From an uncultured Verrucomicrobiae bacterium (GTDB taxonomy: Bacteria > Verrucomicrobiota > Verrucomicrobiia > Chthoniobacterales > UBA10450), in assembly GCA_963815455.1 (NCBI GenBank), contig CAWFGO010000002.1, forward strand, positions 544,001-608,000: DNA of 64,000 bases, written 5' to 3'. Positions 55,385-64,000 of the stretch are shown here, piece after piece; positions within the stretch are counted from its first letter, which is position 1, and the number at the start of each line of letters is the position of its first letter. Under the pieces are notes generated by a model. The model ran no database searches, was not told the origin of the DNA, and was given only the letters and a program-made list of their open reading frames with translations. The translations under genes and the position numbers were made by a program.

Positions 55385-56332
55385 CTATTTTCGCCACTCC
55401 CGGCGAGGCGGCGGGGCGGCAAATGCCTCGGGCGCAATCTCGTGCGCCGTCCGGAAATGGACCTTGGCCACCTCCCGCAGCGCTTCCGGGCCACCTTTTT
55501 CCACCACCTTTTTCGCCGTCTCTTTTACGGCAGGCGATATCCCTCGCTCCAAGCTTAAACCGAGCTCCTTGCCCTTGCGATCCAGCCAGTTGATGAAACC
55601 CTCGCGCGCCAGAATCGATGCCCCAGCCACCGCAATGTCCGATTCCGCCTTCGTGCGTTGTTGGATGTCGATCTTGCGCCCGTGCCCAAACAGCGATTGC
55701 TCGATTACTCGCACGTCCGCGAATTGATCCGACAACGACCGCGGACAGTCCGGCTTTTTCGCCAGCAGATTCTCGATTACCCGGGCGTGTCCCCAGCCAA
55801 GCAGCTTGTTGAGATTGCCGAATTTCTCGTAAAGCTCGTTATATTTTTTCGGGCCGATCAGGACTGTCTCGACCAGGCCAAGCGAAGTTTTTCGTATCGT
55901 ATCGGCCAACGCGCGAATCCGTGCATCGGAGGTGATCCGTTTGCTGTCTACAACGCCGGCATCGAGAAGGTTCCGGGCGATCCCACGATCGACATACATC
56001 CCGGCGATTACCAGCGGCCCAAAAAAATCGCCCTTCCCGCTCTCGTCCACCCCGAAATGCGGCTCGAACATTTCCGGCGAATGCACTTCCTCGTAGCCGA
56101 GCTTGGCTTCTCCCAGAATTTTCGGCTCGAGCTCAAATTGCACGAACTCCTCCAGGCCCTTTCCCTGAAGCAGAATCTTGGGTCCCTTCTCGTAAACCGC
56201 CACGCTCAGCTTGTTTTTCTGCGCGAAAAAAATCGTGTAGGGCTTGGGCGAGAATTCAAATCCGAGTTCGTCGAGCAACTCGCGAAGTTTCGTCACCTGC
56301 TCGCTTGTGAGCGCGTGGGTATAGGAATTCAA
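55385..56332 (-). CDS. rnhC: Ribonuclease HIII
   Basis: N-terminal TBP-like domain (AVYEKGPKILLQG), GVDESGKGDFFGP, DSK, DQF, VAGASILAR. Confidence 0.93.
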   Translation of the reverse strand: MNSYTHALTSEQVTKLRELLDELGFEFSPKPYTIFFAQKNKLSVAVYEKGPKILLQGKGLEEFVQFELEPKILGEAKLGYEEVHSPEMFEPHFGVDESGKGDFFGPLVIAGMYVDRGIARNLLDAGVVDSKRITSDARIRALADTIRKTSLGLVETVLIGPKKYNELYEKFGNLNKLLGWGHARVIENLLAKKPDCPRSLSDQFADVRVIEQSLFGHGRKIDIQQRTKAESDIAVAGASILAREGFINWLDRKGKELGLSLERGISPAVKETAKKVVEKGGPEALREVAKVHFRTAHEIAPEAFAAPPPRREWRK

Positions 56333-56409
56333 CGCTCAACGCTCAACGTTCAACGCCCAACGTTCAATTATCTTCTGCATTGCCCATAGGGACGTTGGGC
56401 GTTGAGCGC
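56329..56409. repeat. Heptamer tandem repeat (TCAACGY x5-6) with an inverted partial array
   Basis: tcaacgc tcaacgc tcaacgt tcaacgc ccaacgt tcaa; acgttgg gcgttga gcg at 56392. Confidence 0.85.
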
Positions 56410-56501
56410 TTCGCCCCACGACATCCGAAAATTCCGCTTCCCGCCGCCCCGCTGGCATCGCCGAACCGGCACTTGACCCTTGCTACAGGAAAAAAATCGG
56501 C

Positions 56502-56532
56502 TTGCCATATATTAGATAATTATCTAATTATA
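56502..56532 (+). promoter_or_regulatory. Promoter with perfect 18-bp palindromic operator (likely SdpR/ArsR site)
   Basis: ATTAGATAATTATCTAAT at 56511-56528, between a TTGCCA -35-like box and the TTG start. Confidence 0.75.
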
Positions 56533-56538
56533 CAAACA

Positions 56539-56814
56539 TTGAACCTCCTCTTTAAAGCCCTCCGCGATCCTACTCGCCGCCGCATCCTCGAAATGCTCAA
56601 GGAACGTGATCTCAACGTGAATCAAATCAGCGAGGCCTTCGCCATGACTACCCCGAGCATCTCTTATCATCTCGATCTGCTTAAACACGCCCGGCTCGTC
56701 TCCGCCCGCAAAAATGGCCAGTTCGTCATTTACTCGCTCGAAACCACCGTGCTCGATGACTCGCTCGGTTGGATTCTTGATCTGATCAAAAAAGGGAAAG
56801 GAAAACGAAAATGA
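56539..56814 (+). CDS. sdpR: ArsR-family repressor, SdpR-like
   Basis: FKALRDPTRRRIL, SISYHLDLLK, KNGQFVIYSL; adjacent to sdpI. Confidence 0.85.
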   Translation: MNLLFKALRDPTRRRILEMLKERDLNVNQISEAFAMTTPSISYHLDLLKHARLVSARKNGQFVIYSLETTVLDDSLGWILDLIKKGKGKRK

Positions 56815-57473
56815 AGAACAAACTCAACTGGCTCGAGGCAGCTCTGCTGGTCGCGCCTTTTCTCGTTATCGCCGCATTCTGGAACAAACTTCCGGCACGC
56901 CTGCCAGTTCATTGGAATTTGCATGGCGAAGTCGATCGGTGGGCATCGTCGAAACCAATCGAGATTTTTATCTTGCCGCTAATCGCTGTTGGAGTGGTCG
57001 TGCTCCTGCGCGTCGTGCCCCGGCTCGATCCCAAGCTGCGGGCCGGGCAGCAAAACGAACGGACGCCCGCCGTCCTCCAAATCTTGCGGCTCACTCTGGC
57101 GGCTTTTTTCGATCTGATTTTTTTCATCCAAATCGCCACGGCACTGAATTACACCACCGCCGGCGGCCGGGCGATTATCTGGGGCGCGCTTGTTTTGCTT
57201 GCGATCATGGGCAACTACCTGGGTAATTTGCGCCCGAATTATTTTATCGGCATCCGCACACCCTGGACGCTGGAGAGCGCCGAGACCTGGCGAGCGACCC
57301 ATCGGCTCGGGGGACGGTTGATCTTTTTTGGCGCGCTCCTGCTTCTGGCCGCGGAATTCTTTCTCAGCCAAAGCGCATTCGCTTTTCTTTTTGTGACCTT
57401 GATTGTTTTGCTCGTGGCATGGGCATTTTATTATTCCTGGCATCATTTTCGAACGCATGGCGCGACGCACTAG
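56811..57473 (+). CDS. sdpI: SdpI-family immunity membrane protein (DUF1648 + SdpI)
   Basis: LPARLPVHWNLHGEVDRW, PNYFIGIRTPWTL..WRATHRLGG. Confidence 0.88.
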   Translation: MKNKLNWLEAALLVAPFLVIAAFWNKLPARLPVHWNLHGEVDRWASSKPIEIFILPLIAVGVVVLLRVVPRLDPKLRAGQQNERTPAVLQILRLTLAAFFDLIFFIQIATALNYTTAGGRAIIWGALVLLAIMGNYLGNLRPNYFIGIRTPWTLESAETWRATHRLGGRLIFFGALLLLAAEFFLSQSAFAFLFVTLIVLLVAWAFYYSWHHFRTHGATH

Positions 57474-58487
57474 ACGCTCTCAGCCGCGGATAGATCCCGC
57501 TCTTTTTCAACGGGAACTTTTTCTCTGGTTTGCGCGCAACGGTCGCCGTCTCCCCTGGCGCAAGACTCGCGATCCCTACGCCATCCTCGTTTCCGAGTTC
57601 ATGCTCCAGCAAACCCAGGTCGCCACGGTCATTCCTTATTATCATGAATGGCTTCGCCGGTTCCCGACTTTCGAAGCACTCGCCCGCGTCTCTGAAAACG
57701 ATGTCCTCCATGCCTGGCAAGGCCTCGGCTACTACGCGCGCGCTCGAAATCTGCATGCCGCTGCAAAGACCGTTGTGGATCGACATCGTGGAAAATTTCC
57801 GCGCCGGATCGCCGAGATCCGCGATCTGCCAGGAGTAGGAAAATACACCGCGAACGCCGTCGCCAGTTTCGCCTTCGACCAATCGGTCCCAATTGTCGAG
57901 GCAAACACCGCCCGGGTCTTGGCCCGACTCTTTGATGTGCGAATACCTATCGATCAAGCCAATGGTCGTGCTGCGCTGTGGGAGCACGCCACCTCATTGA
58001 TCCCAAAGGCTTCTTCTCGAATTCATAATTCGGCGCTGATTGATCTCGGCGCGCTAGTCTGCTTGCCCAAGCCAAAATGCGGGGTTTGTCCGGTCAAAAA
58101 ATTTTGCGGGGCCAGCGACCCCGAACTCCTTCCTCGCAGGAAAAAGCGCCCACGGTTGAAAAACCTCGTCGAGACCCACGCCTTCGTAATCCGTCAGGAC
58201 AAAATCCTGCTCGAACAATCGCGTGGCCGGTGGCGGGGAATGTGGATTTTGCCGCCACGACTGACAGGCACAGGCAATCATCGTGGCAACTAGCAAAGGC
58301 CGATTTCCCCATTCGATCGATCTTTCCTTTTACGCACCATCGGGTGACGCTTCGCGTCTTTCGACAAACTCGACAGAGGACCGACAACGATCAGCGGCAC
58401 TGGTTCCCGATTTCCACTCTGGACTCTGTTCCCGTTCCCTCTCCGCATCGCCGGGCTCTTGTTGCTCTGCTCGGAATTGAACATTGA
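57457..58487 (+). CDS. mutY: A/G-specific adenine glycosylase (frameshift near 58285)
   Basis: LPWR, SEFMLQQTQV, WQGLGYY, LPGVGKYTA, Fe-S Cys cluster, FTHHRV. Confidence 0.93.
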
Positions 58488-58499
58488 GGGTTGAGCGTT
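58474..58499. repeat. Degenerate heptamer repeat (NNNTTGA x3)
   Basis: gaattga acattga gggttga gcgtt; contains the mutY stop codon. Confidence 0.55.
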
Positions 58500-58533
58500 T
58501 CTCTGCGATAACTTTTTCGGTAGCGCGAAATTT

Positions 58534-59409
58534 ATGCGAAGCATGACCGGTTACGGCCGCGGCGAAGCGGATGTCCGCGGCACAAAATTCAGTGTCGAGC
58601 TCAATTCCGTGAACCGGAAGCAAAGTGACATTGTCATCAATGTCCCGCGCGATCTGGCCGAGCTGGAGCCGCGCATTCGTCAGGCGATCAATGAGAATAT
58701 CTCCCGCGGCCGCACCACCGCGATTGTCAATTTTCATGCCGGCGCCAACGGCGCCCGACCGCTCGCTCTCGACACCGAGCTGGCCCGTTCTTATCACGAA
58801 GCGATGCGCGCTCTGCAAAAAGAGTTGAGCGCGCCGGGCGAGATCACCATCAGCACAATTCTTCAGGCGCCCGGCGTAATGCGGGCCCCGGAACAAGTCT
58901 TGAGTGCCGAAGAAGCATGGCCGGCTGTCGATCAAGCTTTGCGCGCCGCGCTTTCCGCGCTGATCAAAATGCGCGAGCGCGAAGGCAAACATCTGGCCAA
59001 AGATTTGATTCATCGCCTCAAGGCCATCCGAAAGACGCTCAAGGAGGTTCGTGCGCTGCACCCGGATGTCGTGAAAAAATATCGCGCTGCGCTCCTGGAT
59101 CGCATTCAAAAAGCCGGGCTGCCGATTGCCACCGATGACGAGCGATTGTTAAAAGAAGTTTCATTCTTCGCCGATCGCTCCGATGTGTCGGAGGAATTAA
59201 CGCGCCTCGAAAGTCACATTGCTCAATTCGCGCACCATCTGCGCCGGACCGAACCGATCGGGCGCACACTTGAATTCATCACCCAGGAGATGGCTCGCGA
59301 GCTGAATACCCTCGGCGCCAAGGCAAATGACGCCGGTATCTCCCAGCGTGTGGTAGCATGCAAGGCGGAGCTCGAAAAAATTCGCGAGCAAATTCAAAAT
59401 CTTGAGTAA
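58534..59409 (+). CDS. yicC: YicC/YloC family endoribonuclease
   Basis: MRSMTGYG, SVNRK, EELTRL, QEMARELNT, IREQIQNLE. Confidence 0.93.
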   Translation: MRSMTGYGRGEADVRGTKFSVELNSVNRKQSDIVINVPRDLAELEPRIRQAINENISRGRTTAIVNFHAGANGARPLALDTELARSYHEAMRALQKELSAPGEITISTILQAPGVMRAPEQVLSAEEAWPAVDQALRAALSALIKMREREGKHLAKDLIHRLKAIRKTLKEVRALHPDVVKKYRAALLDRIQKAGLPIATDDERLLKEVSFFADRSDVSEELTRLESHIAQFAHHLRRTEPIGRTLEFITQEMARELNTLGAKANDAGISQRVVACKAELEKIREQIQNLE

Positions 59410-60013
59410 ACAATTCAGTCGTTACGGCATCCTCTTTGTCGTTTCCGCTCCCTCGGGTGCGGGAAAAACAACCCTGGTCGATGCCCTGCGCCAAACGTCC
59501 AATTTCGTTTACTCCGTTTCCTGCACAACGCGTCCCCCCCGCAGCGGCGAGGTCGAAGGCGAAGATTATCAGTTTTTGTCCGCACCCGAATTTCAAGCGC
59601 GCGCCAAAGCCGGCGAATTTCTCGAGCACGCGCAGGTGCACGGCGATTATTATGGAACGCTGCGCCAGCCAGTACTGACGAACTTAAAGGAAGGCGTCGA
59701 TGTCTTGATCGACATCGACACTCAGGGAGCCGCCTCGATTCGCAGCTGCGACAACCCATTTATTCGGGAGGCGTTAACCGATGTTTTCATCATGCCGCCC
59801 GATCTGGACGAATTGCGCCGGCGGCTGAGGAAACGCGGCACCGAAACGAACGAGCAGATCGAACGCCGCCTCCAGACCGCTGCCCGCGAGATGGAACTGT
59901 GGCGCGATTATCGCTATACTATCATCAGCAAATCGATGGAGGAGGATTTGCAAAAGTTTCGGAGCATCATGAGCGCGGAAAGTTATCTGAGTCGCCGATT
60001 GGTCCAAAAATGA
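59402..60013 (+). CDS. gmk: Guanylate kinase
   Basis: SAPSGAGKTT, SCTTRPPR, YYGT, DIDTQG. Confidence 0.95.
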   Translation: MSKQFSRYGILFVVSAPSGAGKTTLVDALRQTSNFVYSVSCTTRPPRSGEVEGEDYQFLSAPEFQARAKAGEFLEHAQVHGDYYGTLRQPVLTNLKEGVDVLIDIDTQGAASIRSCDNPFIREALTDVFIMPPDLDELRRRLRKRGTETNEQIERRLQTAAREMELWRDYRYTIISKSMEEDLQKFRSIMSAESYLSRRLVQK

Positions 60014-60042
60014 CGTAACGCCCCGGACGCTGTCGATCTCGC

Positions 60043-60666
60043 ATGGAAAGAAACGCAAAACGTAAGCGCGACAAAGCCACTGGGCAGAAAGTGGTCGCGT
60101 TGCGCCGTGGCGCGCGATGCATCGTTCTTGGCGTCACGGGATCGATAGCCGCTTACAAATCCGCCGAGCTGGCGAGCCTGCTCTTTAAACAGGGCCACGA
60201 GATTTTTGTCGTGATGACGAAAGACGCAACGGAGTTCATCACGCCGTTGACCCTGCAAACGCTTTCGAAAAATCCGGTGATGACGAGTTTCTACGATGAA
60301 AAGGAAAACTGGCGCCCGGGCCACATCGAACTCGCCGACCGGGCGAATCTTCTTTTGATCGCTCCGGCCACAGCGAACATCATCGCCGAGCTCGCGCACG
60401 GTTTGGCCGGTCATCCCCTGGCCGCCATCGCTCTCGCCACTCGCGCGCCGATTCTGATCGCGCCGGCCATGAACGGCAAAATGTGGGAGCACCGCGCGAC
60501 ACAAGAGAACGTTGAGAAATTGAAAAAGCGCGGAGCGGAATTCATCGGACCGGAAGAGGGAATGCTCGCCTGCGGCTATGAAGGCGTCGGCCGGCTCTGG
60601 AAAGTGGACGACATCGCGTTTCGAGCCGAACTCATGCTGGCGCGCCAGGAAAATTTGATCGCGTGA
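60043..60666 (+). CDS. coaC: Phosphopantothenoylcysteine decarboxylase (stand-alone CoaC)
   Basis: GVTGSIAAYK, HIELAD, APATAN, PAMN, LACG..G.GRL. Confidence 0.9.
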   Translation: MERNAKRKRDKATGQKVVALRRGARCIVLGVTGSIAAYKSAELASLLFKQGHEIFVVMTKDATEFITPLTLQTLSKNPVMTSFYDEKENWRPGHIELADRANLLLIAPATANIIAELAHGLAGHPLAAIALATRAPILIAPAMNGKMWEHRATQENVEKLKKRGAEFIGPEEGMLACGYEGVGRLWKVDDIAFRAELMLARQENLIA

Positions 60667-61307
60667 GATTTCTTATCACGGCCGGCCCGACCCGCGAGCC
60701 GATCGACCCGGTTCGTTACCTGAGCAATCGTTCATCCGGCAAAATGGGCTACGCCATCGCCGAAGCGGCAATCGAAGCCGGACACGACGTCGTCTTGATT
60801 TCCGGTCCGGTGAATCTAGATCCGCCAACCGGAGCACAGCTGGTCTCGATCCAGACCAGCGACGAGATGCACGATGCCGTGCATCGACATCTGCCCGCCT
60901 GCGACGTTCTGGTCATGTGCGCGGCGGTGGTCGATTACAAAGCGGCGAACGTTTCAAAGCAGAAAATCAAAAAGCGCGCCGGCGCTTTTTCTCTGGAGCT
61001 GATTCCAACCCGGGACATTCTCGCATCGCTTCCACAGGATCGACAATTTCTCGTGGTCGGTTTCGCGGCGGAAACGAACGACATCGAAAAATATGGGCGA
61101 GAAAAATTGCGCGAGAAAAATTGCGACATCATCGTGGCGAACGATGTGGCGATTGGAATGGAAAGCGATGAAAACGAAGTGATGGTTCTGTTCCAAAACA
61201 GTGAATCGAAGAAAATTTCGCGCGCTCCGAAAAAAAATATCGCGCGCGAGCTCGTAAAAATATTTTTAAATTCGTGCGAAAAACGTTTGACAAAAAATAT
61301 GAGGTGA
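60663..61307 (+). CDS. coaB: Phosphopantothenate-cysteine ligase (stand-alone CoaB)
   Basis: ITAGPTREPIDPVRYLSNRSSGKMG, AAVVDY, VGFAAET. Confidence 0.9.
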   Translation: MRFLITAGPTREPIDPVRYLSNRSSGKMGYAIAEAAIEAGHDVVLISGPVNLDPPTGAQLVSIQTSDEMHDAVHRHLPACDVLVMCAAVVDYKAANVSKQKIKKRAGAFSLELIPTRDILASLPQDRQFLVVGFAAETNDIEKYGREKLREKNCDIIVANDVAIGMESDENEVMVLFQNSESKKISRAPKKNIARELVKIFLNSCEKRLTKNMR

Positions 61308-61385
61308 TTACTTGACGGGTGTAAGTGAAGTTATTCCCAACTAAAAAATTTCCGCGATTGCGGATTGAAAGGGGGGAATTAGTCG

Positions 61386-61445
61386 ATGGCTAAGAAGAAA
61401 AAGAAAGCAGCAAAGAAAAAATCAGCGAAGAGAAAGAGGCATTAA
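61386..61445 (+). CDS. 19-aa Lys-rich micro-protein MAKKKKKAAKKKSAKRKRH
   Basis: GAAAGGGGGG RBS about 9 nt upstream, ATG...TAA, downstream hairpin and terminator; below the ORF-track size cutoff. Confidence 0.6.
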   Translation: MAKKKKKAAKKKSAKRKRH

Positions 61446-61502
61446 GGCCCAACTCTCGTTAACGACTTCGGAATCTTTCGGAGTCATAACCCCAACCTTA
61501 AC

Positions 61503-61539
61503 CCGGGAGGAGAATTCAGTTTTTCCTCCCGGTTTTTTT
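61503..61539 (+). terminator. Intrinsic terminator after the micro-ORF
   Basis: Stem ccgggagga/tcctcccgg followed by ttttttt. Confidence 0.85.
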
Positions 61540-61602
61540 GTACTCAGCCCGCCGTCATTTCGTTGTGCACTTCCCGGCCTTTGTGCGAAATAACCTCTGG
61601 CC

Positions 61603-62349
61603 ATGAAGCATTATCTCGACGCGGCCGAGAAAGCCGCACTCGCCGCGGGCGATCTGCTCCGGGAAAATTTCCACCAGCCCAAGCGCGTGAATCTGGCCGA
61701 GGCGCATGATATTAAACTTGAGATCGATGTGCGGACGCAGGAACTAATCACGCGCCAGCTTCTCAAACAATTCCCGGAACACGCGCTTTACGGCGAGGAA
61801 GGAATCGTCGGCGACAAGGCGAGCGAGCAGCAATGGATTGTCGATCCACTCGACGGCACGGTAAATTATTTCCACGGCATCCCGCACTTTTGCGTGTCGA
61901 TCGCGTTTCGATTGCGAGGCGAGATCGTCGTGGGCGTAATTTACGATCCGATGCGCAACGAAATGTGGTCGGGACAGAAGGGCGAGAAGCCGCGACTCAA
62001 TGGTCGCGAGTTTCGCGTCAGCGAGCGGATCAACCTGGCCGAAGCCGTTATCTCTGTCGGCCTTTCCAAGACCGGCCAGATGATCGATTGCAATCTGCCC
62101 TTGCTCGGCGAGATGGTCCATCGCGTGCGCAAATGCCGCGTGCTCGGCAGCGCCGCGCTGGACATGGCTTATGTGGCCTGCGGGCGTTTCGACGCTTACA
62201 TCGAGCTTGGAATCAGTTTATGGGATATCGCCGCGGGCTGGCTGTTGATTGAAAGCGCCGGCGGCAAGGTCGATCTGAAACCGCGCAAAGATATGAAGGA
62301 CAAATACAGCATCGTCGCCACCAACGGCGTCATCGATCTGAAACTCTGA
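61603..62349 (+). CDS. suhB: Inositol monophosphatase family protein
   Basis: GEE, WIVDPLDGTVNY, GSAALD, WDIAAG. Confidence 0.88.
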   Translation: MKHYLDAAEKAALAAGDLLRENFHQPKRVNLAEAHDIKLEIDVRTQELITRQLLKQFPEHALYGEEGIVGDKASEQQWIVDPLDGTVNYFHGIPHFCVSIAFRLRGEIVVGVIYDPMRNEMWSGQKGEKPRLNGREFRVSERINLAEAVISVGLSKTGQMIDCNLPLLGEMVHRVRKCRVLGSAALDMAYVACGRFDAYIELGISLWDIAAGWLLIESAGGKVDLKPRKDMKDKYSIVATNGVIDLKL

Positions 62350-62831
62350 TGACAACAACTCGATGCGGCATTGGCTACGACATTCATCGTCTGGCCGATG
62401 ATCGACAATTGATTCTGGGCGGGGTGGAGATCGCGCACTCGCACGGACTTGCCGGGCATTCCGATGCCGACGTTTTGTCACACGCGATTGCCGATGCCTT
62501 ATTGGGAGCGATCGGCGCGGGAGATATCGGCCAGCATTTTCCGAACACCGACGAATCGATTCGCGGAATGAGCAGCCTGGACATTTTGCGGCAAGTCGCT
62601 GCGCTTCTGGCCAAAAATAAAGCGCGACCGATCAACGTGGACGCGACGCTGATCGCGGAAGCGCCCAAGATCGCGCCCCACATTTCGGCGATGCGAAAAA
62701 CGCTCGCGGATGCAATCGGCATCTCGGAGGCGCAAGTGAGCGTGAAAGCGACGACAAACGAGGGTCTCGGGTCAATCGGGCGCAATGAAGGCATGGCCGC
62801 GATGGCGGTGGCGACCGTCGAGATGGAGTGA
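62349..62831 (+). CDS. ispF: 2-C-methyl-D-erythritol 2,4-cyclodiphosphate synthase
   Basis: GIGYDIH, GHSDADV, GDIGQHFP, KATTNEGLG. Confidence 0.96.
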   Translation: MTTTRCGIGYDIHRLADDRQLILGGVEIAHSHGLAGHSDADVLSHAIADALLGAIGAGDIGQHFPNTDESIRGMSSLDILRQVAALLAKNKARPINVDATLIAEAPKIAPHISAMRKTLADAIGISEAQVSVKATTNEGLGSIGRNEGMAAMAVATVEME

Positions 62832-62837
62832 ATTTCT

Positions 62838-64000
62838 TTGCGCTTCTTTAACACTTACTCGCGTCAGCTCGAAGAGTTCGGGGCACGTGACGCGGTTTCG
62901 CGCAAGATCGACATGTACACATGCGGACCGACCGTTTACAGCCGGGCCCACATTGGAAATTTTCGCGCTTACGTATTTGAGGACCTGCTCCAGCGTCATC
63001 TCGAACTGCGCGGCTACAAGGTGCATCGCGTGATGAACATCACCGACGTGGACGACAAAACGATCCGCGGCGCGCGCGAATCGAAAGTTCCGCTGGCAAA
63101 ATTTACCGAGCCGTTCAAGCAGGCGTTCTTCGAGGACATCGACACACTGCGGATCAAGCGGGCCGACGAATTCCCCTCGGCGACCGAGAAGCGTTACATC
63201 GATCGGATGATCGAGATGATCGGCGCGCTCGTTGAGCGCGGTCTCGCCTATCAAGCCGAGGACAAATCGGTTTACTTTCGGATCAACAAGTTTCCCGAAT
63301 ACGGGAAGCTGGCGCATTTCGATCTCACCCAATTGCAATCGACCGGGCGGGTGAAACATGACGAGTACGATAAGGAACACATCGGCGACTTTGCGCTTTG
63401 GAAAGCGTGGGATGAAGAGGACGGCGATGTGAAATGGGAATCGCCCTGGGGACCGGGCCGGCCCGGCTGGCACATTGAATGCAGCGCCATGGCCACAGCG
63501 CTGCTGGGCGACCAGATCGACATCCATTGCGGCGGCGTGGACAACATTTTTCCACATCACGAAGCCGAGATCGCCCAAACGGAAGGCGTCACTGGAAAAC
63601 AATTCGTGCGTTTTTGGCTGCATTGCGCCCACCTGCTGGTCGACGGGCAAAAGATGGCGAAGTCGCTCGGCAATTTTTACACGCTGCCCGACATTCTCGA
63701 AAAAGGATATACCGGCCGCGAAATGCGTTATGCGCTCATGCGCGTCCATTACCGCATGCCTCTCAACTTTACCTGGGAAGGGATGAACGAAGCGCGGGAG
63801 TCTCTTGGACGAATCGACGAGTGGCTGCAACGTTTGCGGGAAATTGCCGGCCGGAAGATCGACAACGGCAAGAGCGACTCGAAGGTCGCCGATCAGTTCG
63901 AGGAAGCGCTAGACGATGACTTGAACGTTTCCGCTGCGTTAGGGTTCCTGTTTGAATCGATCCGCGAAACGAACCGCGCGATGGATCGGGGAAAACTCGG
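62838..64000 (+). CDS. cysS: Cysteine-tRNA ligase (runs off the window end; absent from the ORF track)
   Basis: My translation: LRFFNTYSR...MYTCGPTVY..AHIGNFR...NITDVDDK...GRPGWHIECSAM...FPHHEAE...KMAKS. Confidence 0.96.
   Translation, partial: MRFFNTYSRQLEEFGARDAVSRKIDMYTCGPTVYSRAHIGNFRAYVFEDLLQRHLELRGYKVHRVMNITDVDDKTIRGARESKVPLAKFTEPFKQAFFEDIDTLRIKRADEFPSATEKRYIDRMIEMIGALVERGLAYQAEDKSVYFRINKFPEYGKLAHFDLTQLQSTGRVKHDEYDKEHIGDFALWKAWDEEDGDVKWESPWGPGRPGWHIECSAMATALLGDQIDIHCGGVDNIFPHHEAEIAQTEGVTGKQFVRFWLHCAHLLVDGQKMAKSLGNFYTLPDILEKGYTGREMRYALMRVHYRMPLNFTWEGMNEARESLGRIDEWLQRLREIAGRKIDNGKSDSKVADQFEEALDDDLNVSAALGFLFESIRETNRAMDRGKL

Noticed and set aside
56467..56485. Sigma54-like GGCAC...TTGCT upstream of sdpR
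   Set aside because: Spacing is two bases too long for a -24/-12 promoter.
62840..62853. boxA-like cttctttaaca near suhB operon
   Set aside because: Lies inside the conserved cysS N-terminal codons (RFFNT); likely coincidence.
62772..63830. 352-aa minus-strand ORF
   Set aside because: Antisense to cysS, which the ORF track missed because it has no stop in the window.

Overview
A GC-rich bacterial chromosome segment, by inference from a soil Verrucomicrobium of the Chthoniobacterales/Spartobacteria type (RNase HIII, split coaBC, TMTC-like gene expansion, 'DGK'-motif TonB receptor). Most of it is housekeeping: lptD, ugd, rsmB, coaX, hemB, gpmI, nhaA, riboflavin synthase, aroD, dgt, pdhABC, rpsT, HU/IHF, rnhC, mutY, yicC-gmk-coaC-coaB, suhB, ispF, cysS. 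An accessory block at about 19.6-35.7 kb encodes a candidate periplasmic glycosylation system. It contains a sugar epimerase, a polyprenol-phosphate glycosyltransferase, two SAM methyltransferases, YfhO-like and GT39-like GT-C enzymes, two full and one truncated TMTC-like GT-C/TPR genes, and a TonB-dependent receptor. The block starts at a perfect 69-bp tandem duplication. Other notable items: a KS/chain-length-factor pair beside lptD, a 1,096-aa TPR-TM-acidic 'hub-like' protein, a catalytically dead alkaline phosphatase homolog, an MmcB-like nuclease with an insertion, a sigma54-driven BTLCP/LapG-like enzyme, an unannotated 19-aa Lys-rich micro-ORF with its own RBS and terminator, and three families of intergenic repeats. 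Many genes, mostly at 20.9-41.6 kb, carry small indels that look like read-consensus errors, so boundaries there are approximate. No rRNA, tRNA, CRISPR array or transposase was seen.
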